DNA from: the human T2T-CHM13v2.0 reference genome, Homo sapiens
Assembly (NCBI RefSeq): GCF_009914755.1
Contig: NC_060934.1
Reading direction: 5' to 3' (one strand)
Length of the DNA stretch: 64,000 bases
A model generated the notes under the pieces. That model was not told the DNA's origin and did not search any database. It saw nothing but the letters and a program-made list of their open reading frames with translations. The translations under genes were made by a program, and so were the position numbers. This document shows positions 43,003 through 55,321 of the stretch, in pieces. Every line of letters begins with the position of its first letter. The first letter of the stretch is position 1.

Positions 43003-44314
43003 ATATATATATGTTATGTACATACAAGTTTAGGTTATACATGCAAGCAGGGAGACCTGGCTTAATAGGAATTTGTGTGAAGAACCTTGAGGGGTTTTTA
43101 GTTAACTTTAAGCTCTGTGTGAACCCACAATATAGTTACTCCAAAGTATAAACAGGACCTTAGAATGCATTGAGAGAAATAAAGCCAATAAATCAATGAA
43201 AGTACTAGCAGTCCTACTATAGTCAGACACCTTCTGGAAGACTAGCATTTTGGCTTTGTATTTTAACCATCAGGTCCAGAGAGAGGTGGTTCAAATGATA
43301 ATGACTTTGGAAATGGCATCATTTAGGACTGAAAAAGCTCAAGGTTTTGAGTCTGGAAAGAGAAGGCTTAGAGGAGACTTGCAGGCTGCCCTGTAATATT
43401 TGAAGGGCTGTCACAGGGAGAGGGTAGTAGATTTATTCTATGGAACTCTGGAGTGGCAAGATTAGGATGTATGAATGAAGACTACAGGGAGAGTTCAACT
43501 CAATACAGGGAAGAAGTCTCCAAAATTCATGCCTTATATAGCAGTTAGCTTCCCATCCCTGGAAGTGTCCACCAGGGATATTGCAGAGAAGGTTTTTGGA
43601 ATCCAGGGAGATACAATATCTGAATACGATGGAGGATTCCTAATGGTGGAAGCTTCAAGCATGGTGGCAGGCTGCAGTGCTCATCAAACTAGACCACGAA
43701 GGCAACTGTCGGCTGCCCCTGCAGTAACGAAGGGATGGCTCTGGTCCCAGAACTAGATTACTTTTCCCCTTTAGTCTTAAAGGTTTGTAATAAATCAATA
43801 GCTTTGTTGCACCCGGACTGAGATTCTGGCTTTTCACATTGGCAAAAACACACTCTCATTTGACTGTAATGCAATTGGAATAAAATTAACTCACTTTCCA
43901 TATGGTCAGGTGTGCAGAAAGCCCACGTCCTTCTTCCTTTTTCCTGGATTGGAATTTTTTTGTATGTTTCAAACATCTGCACTGCTCATGGTCTCCTATT
44001 TGTGGCTGATGAGATGTTGAGATGGCCCAGGGGCTGCCTTCTTTTACTCATTCCTCTATAAAACTCATAGCAGCTATAAAAACCAGCTATTTTCTAGAAA
44101 TTGTGCCTCTATTATTTTCCATATACAAGATGTGGCACCTGCAAAGATATATCTGTGCTGACTTTGTAAAAGTTCAGCTTGGCTTTTCTTTTCACTGCAA
44201 AGGGTACATTTGATGAGAATCAGATGGAGTTTGAGGTCATAAGTGGTAGTTTGCCAATAGAGTTTTACTTAAGAGATGGGAAAATAACAACAATAGATGC
44301 CTGTGCCTTCAGGC

Positions 44315-44382
44315 TAAGATGCTAATTATTGTGAAATGGACACTTTCAGAGGCAACATGAGAATATATAAATTTGCATAAAC
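44315..44382 (+). repeat. 68-bp duplicate of 42935-43002
   Basis: 67/68 identical. Confidence 0.97.
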
Positions 44383-45214
44383 TTAAGAAAGCTCTTGGGT
44401 GTTTTAGGGCCTGCAGGGATGGATAAAGTATTTCCCAAATACTTACAAGGCTGACTTCTCTGAGAATGTGACTCATTTTTCCCTAACTGTATAAATGCAT
44501 GTGCTCTGTTAGGGTTCTGGTAGACATATGCACAGAAAATCCTCAGAGGTCAACAGAAAAATCAGTAGATTATGCTCGTGCTGATAATGCTGTTTCCAAA
44601 CTCAGATGAAGACAGAGCCTACTCTCTTCATTAGCTGACATTACTGCATCAAAATGAGGTTTATGGTGTTGGCAATATGATAAATTATGATTGCATTTAC
44701 TGTTATCACCCCCTCCAACTCTTTTTTGTTTTGTTTTTTACATTTAAAAATGTCCTTTCAATGTTTTACAAATTTCTAGTCATCTGAGAAAGAGACAGCC
44801 TCATAGATGACACATAGAGTGTTTTACTAAATCAATGAACTCTTGGTGGGTACTAGGAGGGAAATGTACTGTATCTTCTCAAAAGGTCAATCAAGAGTTT
44901 ACCCATGAGGGACTCCCTTGTCTCCACTTTGTTTGTTCAACCCTTAGATGAAGAGAGAATAAGGATAGCATGCAGGTATTGCCATTGGAAGTTGTCTTGT
45001 AATGTGGCATCACAGAAACTTCCAGCTCTCTATGAGCACAGCCCCACTGTGTGCAGATACATGTGTGTGCACATGTGTGCATCTGTGAAGGCTAGAGATA
45101 TGTGTAGGTGGACTGGGTGGCCCCCCTGGCAGTGAAAATTAACCAAACACAAGGCTTTTTGGTTCTCAAATTCTATGTCATCTGAATTTAGAATTAAAAA
45201 GCGACTTCAGAAAT

Positions 45215-45392
45215 GACCTTCTTGCATGTCAGAATCTGCTGGGGAGCATTACAAAAGACAAACAAAAAACAATACCTGAGCTGTAAACCAGACCATTTGA
45301 ATATGAATTTCTGGGAGTAGGGTCCATGCATCTGTATTTTCTAAGCTACCCAGGTAATGCTGTTGTACATTAAGATCAAAGAATCACTGCTC
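45215..45392. mobile_element. MER5A-like
   Basis: CATCTGTATTTTCTAAGCTACCCAGGTAATGCTG...AGAATCACTGC. Confidence 0.6.
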
Positions 45393-46216
45393 TGGTCCAA
45401 TCCCTTTATCTTACGTATTGAGGTCGACTAGTTAACTAGGGCCAGATTGGCGGTAGAATCTTCAGGTGTGTCCTTTTTAAATACAACTAACCCAGAAGGG
45501 AAGAGGATAAAGTTAGTTGTTGGTGTCACCTGCCTTTCCAGTCATCCGCATTTACTTCTTTGGTTGAATTCCCACTCCCACCCTAATCTTCCAGTGCTGA
45601 GCCCTCCAGGTTCCTCCTCTTCCCATTGCCCTTTAGTGTTTAAGAAAGACCCATTCACCATCATTGTGACTACTGTGTTGACTAATGAATGACAGCTTCA
45701 AGTACTTCCCTTCCCTGGATATTTAAACATATGTCAAAGCTTATCAAGTCACTTCACCTTTCTGGGATTTCAGTCTTATCACTTGTAAATAGAGTTGGCC
45801 TTTCCAAAATACGGTTCTCACGGTGGAATCGTAGGTATTAGCAAATGGGTAGAGGAGGAATTCTAACCCAAGGAAGATAACTTTCATATCCCTTGAAATC
45901 ATACAGAGTGACCCATGCTGCTGCACTTTGCTGTGGACTTGTCCAAAGATGTGTTTAGTCCACAGCATTGATTTAGGGCCTGTTCTATGTCATTAAGGAA
46001 ACCACGTCAAGGCCCTGTCCTCAGGGGTTCATGCTAGCCTTCAGGCTATTCCACCATTATAAGCTCTTCCACACTTCCTAGGAATCAGAGTTAGCTGTGA
46101 GCCACCACCATTAAAAAAGATAGGCTAAAAAATTTCTTTTTCCCTGAAGGAGAAAACAAGAAAAATGGTAATGATTGTGCAACAGGGAGAAAAAAAAATT
46201 ATAAAATGTTACAGGG

Positions 46217-46579
46217 TGATATGGCTTGGCTGTGTCCCCATCCAAATCTCATTTTGAATTGTAGCTCCCATAATTCCCACATGTCGTGGGAGGGACCCAG
46301 TGGGAGATAATTGAATCATGGGGGCGGGTCTTTCTCATGCTATTCTCATGATAGTGAATAAGTCTCATGAGATCTGATTGTTTTATAATGGGGAGTTTCC
46401 CCATACAAGTTCTCTTCTCTTGTCTGCTACCATGTGAGATGTGCCTTTCCTTTCACCTTCCGCCATGATTGTGAGGCCTCCCAAGCCACGTGGAACTGTG
46501 AGTCATTAAGCCTCTTTCTTTTATAAATTGCCCATTCTCAAGTACGTCTTTATCAGCAGCATGAAAACGAACTAATACA
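46217..46579 (+). mobile_element. THE1 solo LTR
   Basis: TGATATGGCTTGGCTG...ACTAATACA; TSD CAGGG (46212-46216, 46580-46584). Confidence 0.96.
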
Positions 46580-47339
46580 CAGGGTTATCGATGAATAGTT
46601 ACTGGCAGAGACTCTAAAAAAAAAAAAATTGTAACAACACTTTCAATAAGGATATATTATTTTCATAATAAGAAATCACAAATTAATATTTTGAAAGAGT
46701 AGGTTCAATCCCTGGAGGTTTGTGGACTCAAGGACCAAAAATCTAAGCTGTCTGATCAGCCAGACCCAGCCCACCAATAGATGTTCACATTTTACTGGCA
46801 GGGGTCCATTCTTGACCTTGAGCTTGACTGTTGAAAGTACAACTGCTCTCACAGAGGGAGCATGCCAAGTCTAACTGAGTGTTCATGCATGAGTGTGGCA
46901 GAGGTTGGAAGATTCTTCCTTGAGAGCAATTACAGTAGATGGGAGGTGATGGGTCAAGGAAGCTGGGTGAAGAGGTCAAGGCAAGGCCAGGGTCACAGCG
47001 GCACTGGGGGCTGTCAGAATTGCTGGGCTGTATTGTTCATTGCTGGCTTGCTGATGCTTTCTTAGCCCCTTGAGTTCTGACAGTTGTTAGTAGCCTTTGG
47101 AAATTCACCTGCTCATGGCATGGGGAAATTGAGTGCAGGGTTTGCTCAGATCAGTTCACCTGCTCCAAGAAGATGAAGGGAGCTGTTGCCCTCCAGATAG
47201 AATGAGTTAGGAAATGACAAGGATACCGTCCTTCCACACGGCATGTCATATAAATGGCTCTATGTGCAGGAAGAGCTGAGAAGCAGCAGCACAGGGTAGG
47301 GGGTGAGAGAATATGCATTGAAGGTTATCTTAGTGCCTA

Positions 47340-47700
47340 AGAAGTTCATTCAATAAATATTTATGGAAACTGCACTTAAGATACACGCCTGACCCAAATG
47401 GACACAATGCCTTCCTCAAGGAGTTTACTTTTTAGCATAGGAGGCAGGGGATAAACCACAAACCTAACAAATAAAGTAGCCACATGGAAGGTAAAAGGTG
47501 CTAAGTGCTGGAGATAACGCAAGGGAGGTCAGGAGGATGGGAACAAAGAGGATTCAGGCTCTGGGGCAGAAGTCATTCCCTGGGTTTCCTTTCCAGGTCT
47601 GGAGAAGGACAAGATGCAGCCAGAGAAGGACTGTGGGTCACTGGGAGGAGGGCACATTCCCAAAGGGGAGTTAGTAGCAAATAGAGGGACAAAGATGGCC
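47340..47700 (-). mobile_element. L2 3' fragment
   Basis: TTCATTCAATAAATATTTA; CCTCAAGGAGTTTAC. Confidence 0.6.
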
Positions 47701-47929
47701 AGATCAGGCGTTTCTTGTGGGCTGGGGAGCAGAAGAAAGAGGCTCATCCCTTGCTCTAGCTGGATGACCTAATAAGGCTTCTTCCATCTTGCTTGCTTTG
47801 AGTCTGGCCTCCGAGAGGACTCCCTGTTCTCTCTGGCAGGCGCTGCAGAGCCCACAGTGTTTAGGATTTCTGAGCGCCACTGAGTGTTCCAGCCAAAGAC
47901 CCCATGTGACTTTCCTCCAAGCACGGGTG

Positions 47930-48232
47930 AGGGGTGCAGGAAGGAAGGGAGGGAGAGGGGTGAAGGGGGAAGGGGGGAGGGAGGGGGGAGATACAGAGAT
48001 GGGGAGGAGTGCAGGAGGGAGGAGGGGAGGGGTGCTGGAGGGAGAAGAAGGGTGCAAGGAGGAAGGGGGAGAGGTAATGGTGCTGGAGGAATGGGGAGCG
48101 GATAGGGGTGAGGGAGGGAGGGAGAGGCATACAGGAGGGAGGAGAAGATTGCAAAAGGGAAGAGAAGGGGTGCAGGGAGAGAAAGGGAAGGGTGTGGGAG
48201 GGAGGGAGAAGGAGGGTGTAGGGAGGGAGAAG
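47930..48232. repeat. G/A-rich low-complexity tract with many GGG runs
   Basis: Direct. Confidence 0.9.
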
Positions 48233-48419
48233 GAGCTTCCCATTTCAGGCCTTGGCACCAGGCTATCAGCTGAGACAAGGTGGACAGGAGAGGGGGATCA
48301 GAACAAATGCTAGGGCCCAGCTGTATCTGGCCAGCTTTCCTAAAGTAGTTAAAGCTAACGAGAAAGGTAACTGAGAAGGTGAAGAAAATAAAAGACTACT
48401 GAAATAGGTGTGCTCTGTG

Positions 48420-48483
48420 GGACACAATGCCTTCCTCAAAGAGTTGACATTTTAGTGTAGGAGGCAGAGGATAAACCACAAAC
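48420..48483 (+). repeat. 64-bp duplicate of 47400-47463
   Basis: 58/64 identical, offset 1020 bp; flanked by CTCTGTGGG direct repeats. Confidence 0.93.
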
Positions 48484-50472
48484 TCTGTGGGGATTGGAGG
48501 CATTTCTGTTGTGTTTTTGTATCAGTCATAGCACTTATTCTTCCAAGAGCTCATTTGCCCCTGCAGCAGGGCTGGGGGCTCATGGGTGGCACCTGTTTCC
48601 TGGCCAGAGAGGGACTCCTCCACCTGGACAGAGGGCAACTGGTTTGTTTCCAATTTCTTTTAGGCTCTTAGCATGCTGAAGCTGGGAGGGAGCTTCGAGA
48701 TGATGAGGACGCCAGGGCCTCCATGAGGGGCTGCCCTGGTGAACACAGGCCCTGGTACTGAATAAGCTCTTCCCGGTTCTAACTCGACTTTCATGGTGTC
48801 ATTTTTGCGAGGTGCATCTCTGATCTGCCTCCAGTAAATAAACGGCTGAAACAGAAGGTTTTGAGTTTGTTTTTTGCGGAGGAAAGGAAGGAGAGCATTA
48901 AAGAACACATTTGGAAGAAAAAATGTTCACTGAGAGGTGGGAAGTCAGGCCAGCCAGGGAGAGCTTTGTTGCCTGTGAGAGGTTCTTACATCTAAACCAG
49001 GATGGGTTTGGGGGTGGGGCAGTCAACCCTGGAATTCAGGTTTTACATGCAAGCTGTCTTTCTGACAATCTACACATTTCACAGGTAAGCCAGGTGCGAT
49101 CATTTGCATGTACCCACTTGCACAAGACCTGCCGGGAGCCTTCTGGCCAGGGCAAGCTGCATTCTTTCCAGGCACTTGTCCCAGGCAGGTGTGTTTCCCA
49201 GCGCCGCAGGTTAGAAACAAAGCAGGTTTGGACTGGTGATGGACTATACAGAGAGCACTGTCTCCTGAGTCGGGGACGTGGTGCTGGCCCCAGCTTGGTC
49301 ATGAATTCACTGTGTGATCCTGGCTGAGTTTCTTGGCCTCTGGGGCCCTTTGTTTACCACCATTGTAATGAAGGGGTTGGATTAGACCAGTTTTCTGGAA
49401 ATGTGCTCACTGAGGCCCCGGATATTCCAGAGAAGCCGTGGCCCAGGGCTAGAGGAAGGCTAAGGAGGGCTCAGACGGAGAATCTCCAGATGCCACCTGG
49501 CTTCATCCACAGAACTGCCAGCTCTATAAGATGATGTAATACATATGATGTGATACTATAATACAATGATGGACTTCAGGGTAAGGGAAAGAAGGGTTCC
49601 ACTGCCTGCAAAGTTTGGAAGCCCCTGCATCAGGTCCCATCCATGATCCTATTATTCATTAAATGGTCCCGAGCAGTGCCAGAGGAGACTGGCAGTGTTC
49701 ACTTTGCTTATTTAGAAGCCTGAACAAATGCCAAGAATTCACGGTCAGAAAAACACCCTTTGGCTCCACATTTATCTAGAGAGCAAAACAGACGCACTTG
49801 ACAGATCCTGCAGGTCTAATAAAACACCAGTGTGGCAGAAACCCTCTCTGCTGCTTCATAGTATTTATTATTTCCAGCAGATTCTACACTTGCTGTCACC
49901 AGGACATACCTGAGCAGGGGAGGTCAGGGCTGACCCCTGGGGCTGTGGGCAGAAACCATGGAAAGCCTCTGAGGGCCACTGGCTTTGTCATGAGTAGATG
50001 CAATATGTGGGTGATTGTTTACATGGAAACGAAACATCTGCGACACATGGCGACATGGAAAATCCCACCATCATACAGTAAATGAGAACCCAAAATTCCA
50101 TGTCATTAAAGCAGGGGTTGCATTATTGAATATTAAATGAGATGACCCAGGGTGAGCCTGTGTGGCTGGCTGAGGAAGGTGCTGGGGTCAAAGTCCTTCT
50201 CGGGCCAGCGGCTTTCTAGGACAATAAATGTGTCACTTTCCTCCCCTAACCTTCTCCCGTGTGGAATAAGAACAGAGCTAAAGATGTGGTTCCTTGACCA
50301 ATTATACTATATTTAAAATGACATTTTTAAGGGACTTTACTATTAGGCCTTAGTAAGGAAAAATCTGAATTTCAAACTGCGAGGCTAATGTGTGAGATCA
50401 AGTCACTTGACCAATTGAGCGTTTACATCTCAGGGTGGCTTTCTGGATCTTGATTTTCCTTAGCAAATACAA

Positions 50473-50764
50473 TTTTGTTTTAAGACAGGGTCTTTGTCAC
50501 CTAGGCTGGAGTGCAGTGACATGATCATGGCCCACCACATCCATGACCTCCCGGGCTCAGGAGATCTCCCACCTCAGACTCCCAAGCAGCTGGGACTACA
50601 GGCAACCGCCACCATGCTTGGTTAATTTTTTTGTGTGTATTTTTTGTAGAGACAGGGTTTCACCATGCTGCCCAGGCTGGTCTCAATCCCCTGGGCTCAA
50701 GCAACCCACCTGCCTCAGCCTCCCAAAGTGCAAGGATTTCAAGTGTGAGCCACCGCCCCTGGCC
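50473..50764 (-). mobile_element. AluJ
   Basis: CAAATAC on both flanks. Confidence 0.92.
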
Positions 50765-51559
50765 AACAAATACTTATTCAAAGTCATCCACCTGCCTGGC
50801 ACTATTGTAGAAGCTTGCTTCCCATCAATGAGCAAAACACAAAATTCCTGCCTTGGAGGAGCTTATATTCTGTGTCGCCATTTACCTGTCCCTAACTTGG
50901 GGGCCCAGCTCTCCCGAGGGGCTGTGTTACTTCGGTGTCTGTCAGGGGAAATGGTAGCATGGAGATTGTGGCTGGGTTGTGGCATCAGACACCCGGGCTC
51001 AGACAGAGCCTTTGGTTCTCTCCTTACACAGCTTCCATCAACTCTGCTCATGTCTGTTTCGTTGTTGTTAAAGCGGGCAGCAATGGCACATTCCTCATCA
51101 GGCTGCATCGATGATTAAATAAGGTATTTAATCCTTGATGTGGCGCCTGGCACTTAGTAAGTGCCCATAAAGTGGGTGGCTCGTGGCTGTCACTCCTGGG
51201 CCTTGTTCTCACAGCGGCATTCCTGCTCCTGTGTTTGCCCTCTGTTTGGTTGCCATGGGTGCTGTGTTTGTGTAGAGCTTCAGCAGGACGTGGTGCTGCG
51301 AACATTCATCTTGCCTCTGCCTGGTGATCTGGTGAGCAGGTGCTGCTGTTTGTGGGAGGAAGGGGCCAGCTGCCCATGGGATAGCAGCAACTGTGTGGCC
51401 TCCCCAGGCTGGTGGCCAGGGGGCTGCCTTCCCCATCAGGGGTGGGACCCACTCAGAGTACTTTTGCTTTTGGAACTCAGCCAGACATCTGTTTTGGGTG
51501 AGAGGATGCATGCTCTTCCTTCCCTCCCAGGATCCCCCTGTTTCAGGCTCTCTGCAGCA

Positions 51560-51730
51560 GCCCTGACTTGAATTGGCTGTGTGATCTGAGGCTGTTCACT
51601 TAACCTCTCTGGTTATCCATATCCTCATCCATAGAATGGAGATAATCATTCTCACCACCGAGGGGTGCTGTGAGGATCGGGCAAGGCCACAAGGTAAGGA
51701 CTGGATCAACCTGAGGCACAGCGCAAGCTT
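51560..51730 (+). mobile_element. MIR
   Basis: GCTGTGTGATCTGAGG...CACTTAACCTCTCTG...GCTGTGAGGAT. Confidence 0.7.
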
Positions 51731-51801
51731 CCCTTGCTCCAGCCACACAGCGGGACTCTAGTCTATGCAAATCTTTGCCAAATACATCTGATCTTGCCAA
51801 T

Positions 51802-52167
51802 TGTCTTAGTCTGTTTAGGTTGCTGTAACAAAATACCATAAACCAGGTGGCTTATAAAAACAGAAATTTATTTCTCACAGTTCTGGAGGCTGGAAAGCCC
51901 ACCATTGAGGTGGCTGGCAGATTTGATGTCTTGTGAGGGCCCATTTCCTGGTGCACAGATGGTAGCTTCTTGCTATGTTCTCACCTGGTGGAAGGGACCA
52001 GGCAGCTCTCTGGGGTCTCTTTTATAAGGATGCTCATCCCATTCACAAGACCCCTGCCCTCATGACTTAATCACCTCCCAAATTCCCCACTTCCTAATAC
52101 CATCACCTTGAGGATTAGGTTTCAATGTCTGAATTTCGGGAGAGACACAGACATTCAGACCCTAGCA
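51802..52167 (-). mobile_element. MLT1A0-like LTR
   Basis: TGTCTTAGTCTGTTTAGGTTGCTGTAACAAAATACCA...CATTCAGACCCTAGCA. Confidence 0.92.
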
Positions 52168-52540
52168 CCGACTCTCGCTACTTCTCTTAATATTACCTCA
52201 TATGCTTCATTCCAGCGTGACCTTTTAGCACTCTCGGCCTCTTCTGTGATCCTGAAGTTATGTTTGACACTGGTGGCATAGGTAGCATCCACATCTGTTG
52301 GATGGAAAGCTTCTCCAAGCAGGGGCCTCTCCCTTCCTCCTTACAGAGCCCAGCATGCAGGAAATGTGCAGCGTGTGTCTATTCCTAGGTGGACAAATGC
52401 ATCCACGAACGAGGAGCTGGCACCTCTCTCTTAAAGACCTGTTTATTTCACGTCATGTAAGGGCATTGTTTCTGAAACTATGGCTAAATTTAGACTTTCC
52501 TTCTGCTGGGAGTCATGGGATGGGTTAGAAATTTATTCCT

Positions 52541-52847
52541 GGCCAGGCACAGTGGCTCAAGCCTGTAATCCAAGTGCTTTGGGAGGCTGAGGAGGGAGGG
52601 TTGCTTCAGCCCAGGTGTTCTAGATGAGTTCGGGAAACAGCAAGATCCTGTCGCTACAAAAAATGGAAAAAAAAAAAGACTGGGTATGGCAGGACATGTC
52701 TGTAGTCTCAGCTACTCAGGAGGCTGAGGTGGGAGGATTGCTTGAGCCCAGGAGGTGGAGGCCGTAGTAAGCTGAGATTGCACCACTGCACTCCAGCCTG
52801 GAGTGGACAGCAAGACCCTGTCACAAATTAAAAAAAAAAAAAAAAAA
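52541..52847 (+). mobile_element. AluJ (diverged)
   Basis: GGATTGCTTGAGCCCAGGAG; A tail. Confidence 0.92.
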
Positions 52848-52854
52848 GAGATGT

Positions 52855-53244
52855 TGTATTAGTCAGTTCTCACACTGCAATAAAGAAATACCTGAGACTG
52901 GGTAATTAAAAAAAGAGGTTTAATTGGCAAATGGTTCCACAGGCTTTACAGGAAGCACGATGGCTTCTGCTTCTAGGGAGGCCTCAGGAAACTTACAATC
53001 ATGGTGGAATGTGAAGGGGAAGCACACGCATGTCACATGGCTGGAGCAGGAAGAAGGGAGTGAGGGGGCAGGTCCCACACACTTCTAAACAACTGGATCT
53101 TGTGAGAACTCTATTATGAGAATAGCACCAAAGAGGAAAATTCAGCCCCATGATCCAGTCACCTCCCACCAGGCCCCACCAGCAACACTGGGGATTATAT
53201 CTCAACATGAGGTTTGGGTGGGGACACAAATCCAAACTATATCA
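52855..53244 (-). mobile_element. MSTA-like LTR
   Basis: TGTATTAGTCAGTTCTCACACTGC...CCAAACTATATCA; near-TSD GATGT/AATGT. Confidence 0.92.
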
Positions 53245-54049
53245 AATGTACTCCTGGGCTCTTACAGGTACAACCAAGTAGCCAAGTCTGGGGCAGGTTT
53301 TGGCTTGGAGTCTTGGAGAAGGTTCTGGTTGCCATGTTTCTTGCCTTGCCAAGCCAGCTACCCAGAGGGTCTAGTGCCCAAAACATCCCACAGAGCCTGG
53401 CCTGGGATGCTCCATGCTATGTGCTCCCCTGCCTGGCTCTCCTGCACTGTTCTTGCCTTCAGCAGCTCCCAGATGCTCTTCTTAGGGACTGCTGATGACA
53501 TTCACAGTGGCTCAAAAGTGCTTCACCTTTTTGGAAATTGCAAAGTACATGGGGTTCCACAGACAACACCAGGCAAGGGAGCCGGGTTACTAAAGCCAAT
53601 GGAGCATCAAGTCTGTCTTACGATAAGTTATCCAGAGTTCCAACTTGCACTTGATTATTTGAGTGATAAAATGAAGACATTAATAGATACTATAGGAAAT
53701 ATGCTGTTGGAATGAACTATCAGGTTAATTGCTTTAATCCTCTATGCCCCATTATTGGTGAGAATCTGGTTATCGTCAATCATGAAATGAGAGTCAACAG
53801 ACCAATCTGAGCAGGGAGAGTAAAATGATAAATATACAGATGCTAGGTGCTGATGAGAGCTAATGAGAAAACACCATTCACAATGCCACTAGGATTTTGT
53901 GAGACTGAGTCTGTGTCCAGTGAGGAAATCCATCTCACCACACTGGTTTTCCATTGGCTACCATATGGCATCATTTTAAAGTCAGTGGACCTCAATTTAC
54001 CTTCTGTGGTGATAGAACTGAAGGATGCCATTGCATAAGGGTACACTCA

Positions 54050-54570
54050 GGCTGTGTTGTTGTTAAATAAGGCCATGGCCCTTGATAAACCATGCCTTGC
54101 AGTATGCATGTTCTTGGATGCATCCTGAATCTGGGCTGGTTCTGTGATTTGTTTTAACCGATAAACTGTGATGGAAGTTACACTATACCAATTCTGGGCT
54201 TTAGCCTTAAGAAAGCCTTGCAGCTTCTGCTTTTGCACTTTGATACCCTGAGCTTCTATGTAAGAAGTTCACCTACCCTGATGAAGGGATCACATGGAGA
54301 GACCCCTAGAGGGGCAGTCAGGGAGGTCAGAAGGAAGGGAGAGGCCCTGAGACAAAATGGATGGAAAGACCAACCATCCCAGCACCCCACCTGAGCCCAG
54401 GCCCTAGCAGACTGTTCAGCTGAATGCACCGATACAAGTGACCTCTGGTAAGATCAGCAGAACAACCATTCAGCTAAGCCCAGCCACAATGGAAGAATTA
54501 CAAGAAATAGTAACAGAACTGTTATTTTAAGTCACTGAGTTTTGGTGTAGTTTGTTATGACAAAACAACC
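54050..54570 (+). mobile_element. MLT1 (F/G/H-like) LTR
   Basis: TGAATCTGGGCTGG; GCAGCTTCTGCTTTTG; TTTTAAGTCACTGAGTTTTGG. Confidence 0.75.
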
Positions 54571-54632
54571 CAGTTCTCAGGACAAATATTGTAGCTTCAC
54601 CTCTAACATGGACATTTGCATATATGACCATC

Positions 54633-55321
54633 TGTATAAGTCTGAGTTTTCCAGAGAAAGAGAAACAATAGAATGTGTGTGTGTATAAAAGATACTTACT
54701 TTAGAGAATGGGCTCATATAATTGTGGAGGCTTGGTGAGTCCAACATCTGATGCAGGAGGCCATCAGGCTGGGGGCTCAGGAAAAAATTACAGTTTGAGT
54801 CCAAGGACAGTCTGGTGAAAAATCAGGAAGGGCCAGTGTTGCAGACGAAGTCTGAAGGCAGGCAGTCTGATGGGGAATTTGCTCTTGCTTGAGAGAGTTC
54901 AGCAATTTTTTTTTTATTTTATTTTTTTTGAGACAGGGTCTCCTCTGTTGCCCAAGTTGGAGTGCAGTGGCGCAATCAAACTCCTGGACTCGAGTGACCC
55001 TCCTGCCTCTGCCTCCCCAGTAACTGGGAATATAGGCTTGTGCTACTTGGCTAATTTTTAATTTTTTTTTTTTGGTAGACATAGGGGTCTTGCTTTGTTG
55101 CCCAGGCTGGTCTCAAACTCTGGAGGTCAGCCTTTTGTTCTAGACTTTAACTGATAGGAGGAGGTCCACCCATAGTGTGGACAATGTATGTTACTAAAAG
55201 TTCACAGATTTAAATGCAAATCTCATCCAAAAACATCCTCACAGAAGCATCCAGAACAATGTTTGGACTACATATCTGGGCACTGCAGCCCAGACAAGTT
55301 GACATAAAATTAACCTTCACA
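54633..55321 (-). mobile_element. MLT2B-like (ERVL) solo LTR, split by an Alu
   Basis: TG...CA termini, AAGTTGACATAAAATTAACCTTCACA end; TSD CCATC (54628-54632, 55322-55326). Confidence 0.9.
54906..55120 (-). mobile_element. Truncated/internally deleted AluJ
   Basis: Alu body ends at GGTCTCAAACTC; right arm shortened. Confidence 0.88.

Larger units (their letters stand above)
42280..43600 (+). mobile_element. L3/CR1 LINE fragment, interrupted by an Alu, (TA)n and a 68-bp insertion
   Basis: CAGATGACATGAAGCTGGGA, AAGAGAAGGCTTAGAGGAGAC, ATATTTGAAGGGCTGTCA, TCCCATCCCTGGAAGTGT resemble the L3 3' region. Confidence 0.75.

Noticed and set aside
45117-45134. CTCF-like GTGGCCCCCCTGGCAG
   Set aside because: Only a partial motif match; not supportable without ChIP data.
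47704-48313. Overlapping Pro-rich and Gly/Arg/Glu-rich ORFs
   Set aside because: Result of the stop-poor G/A low-complexity tract.
50543-51118. 191-aa ORF
   Set aside because: N-terminus is translated antisense Alu, followed by L2/MIR-like sequence.
53116-53715. 199-aa ORF
   Set aside because: Starts inside an antisense MST LTR; no recognisable homology or exon structure.
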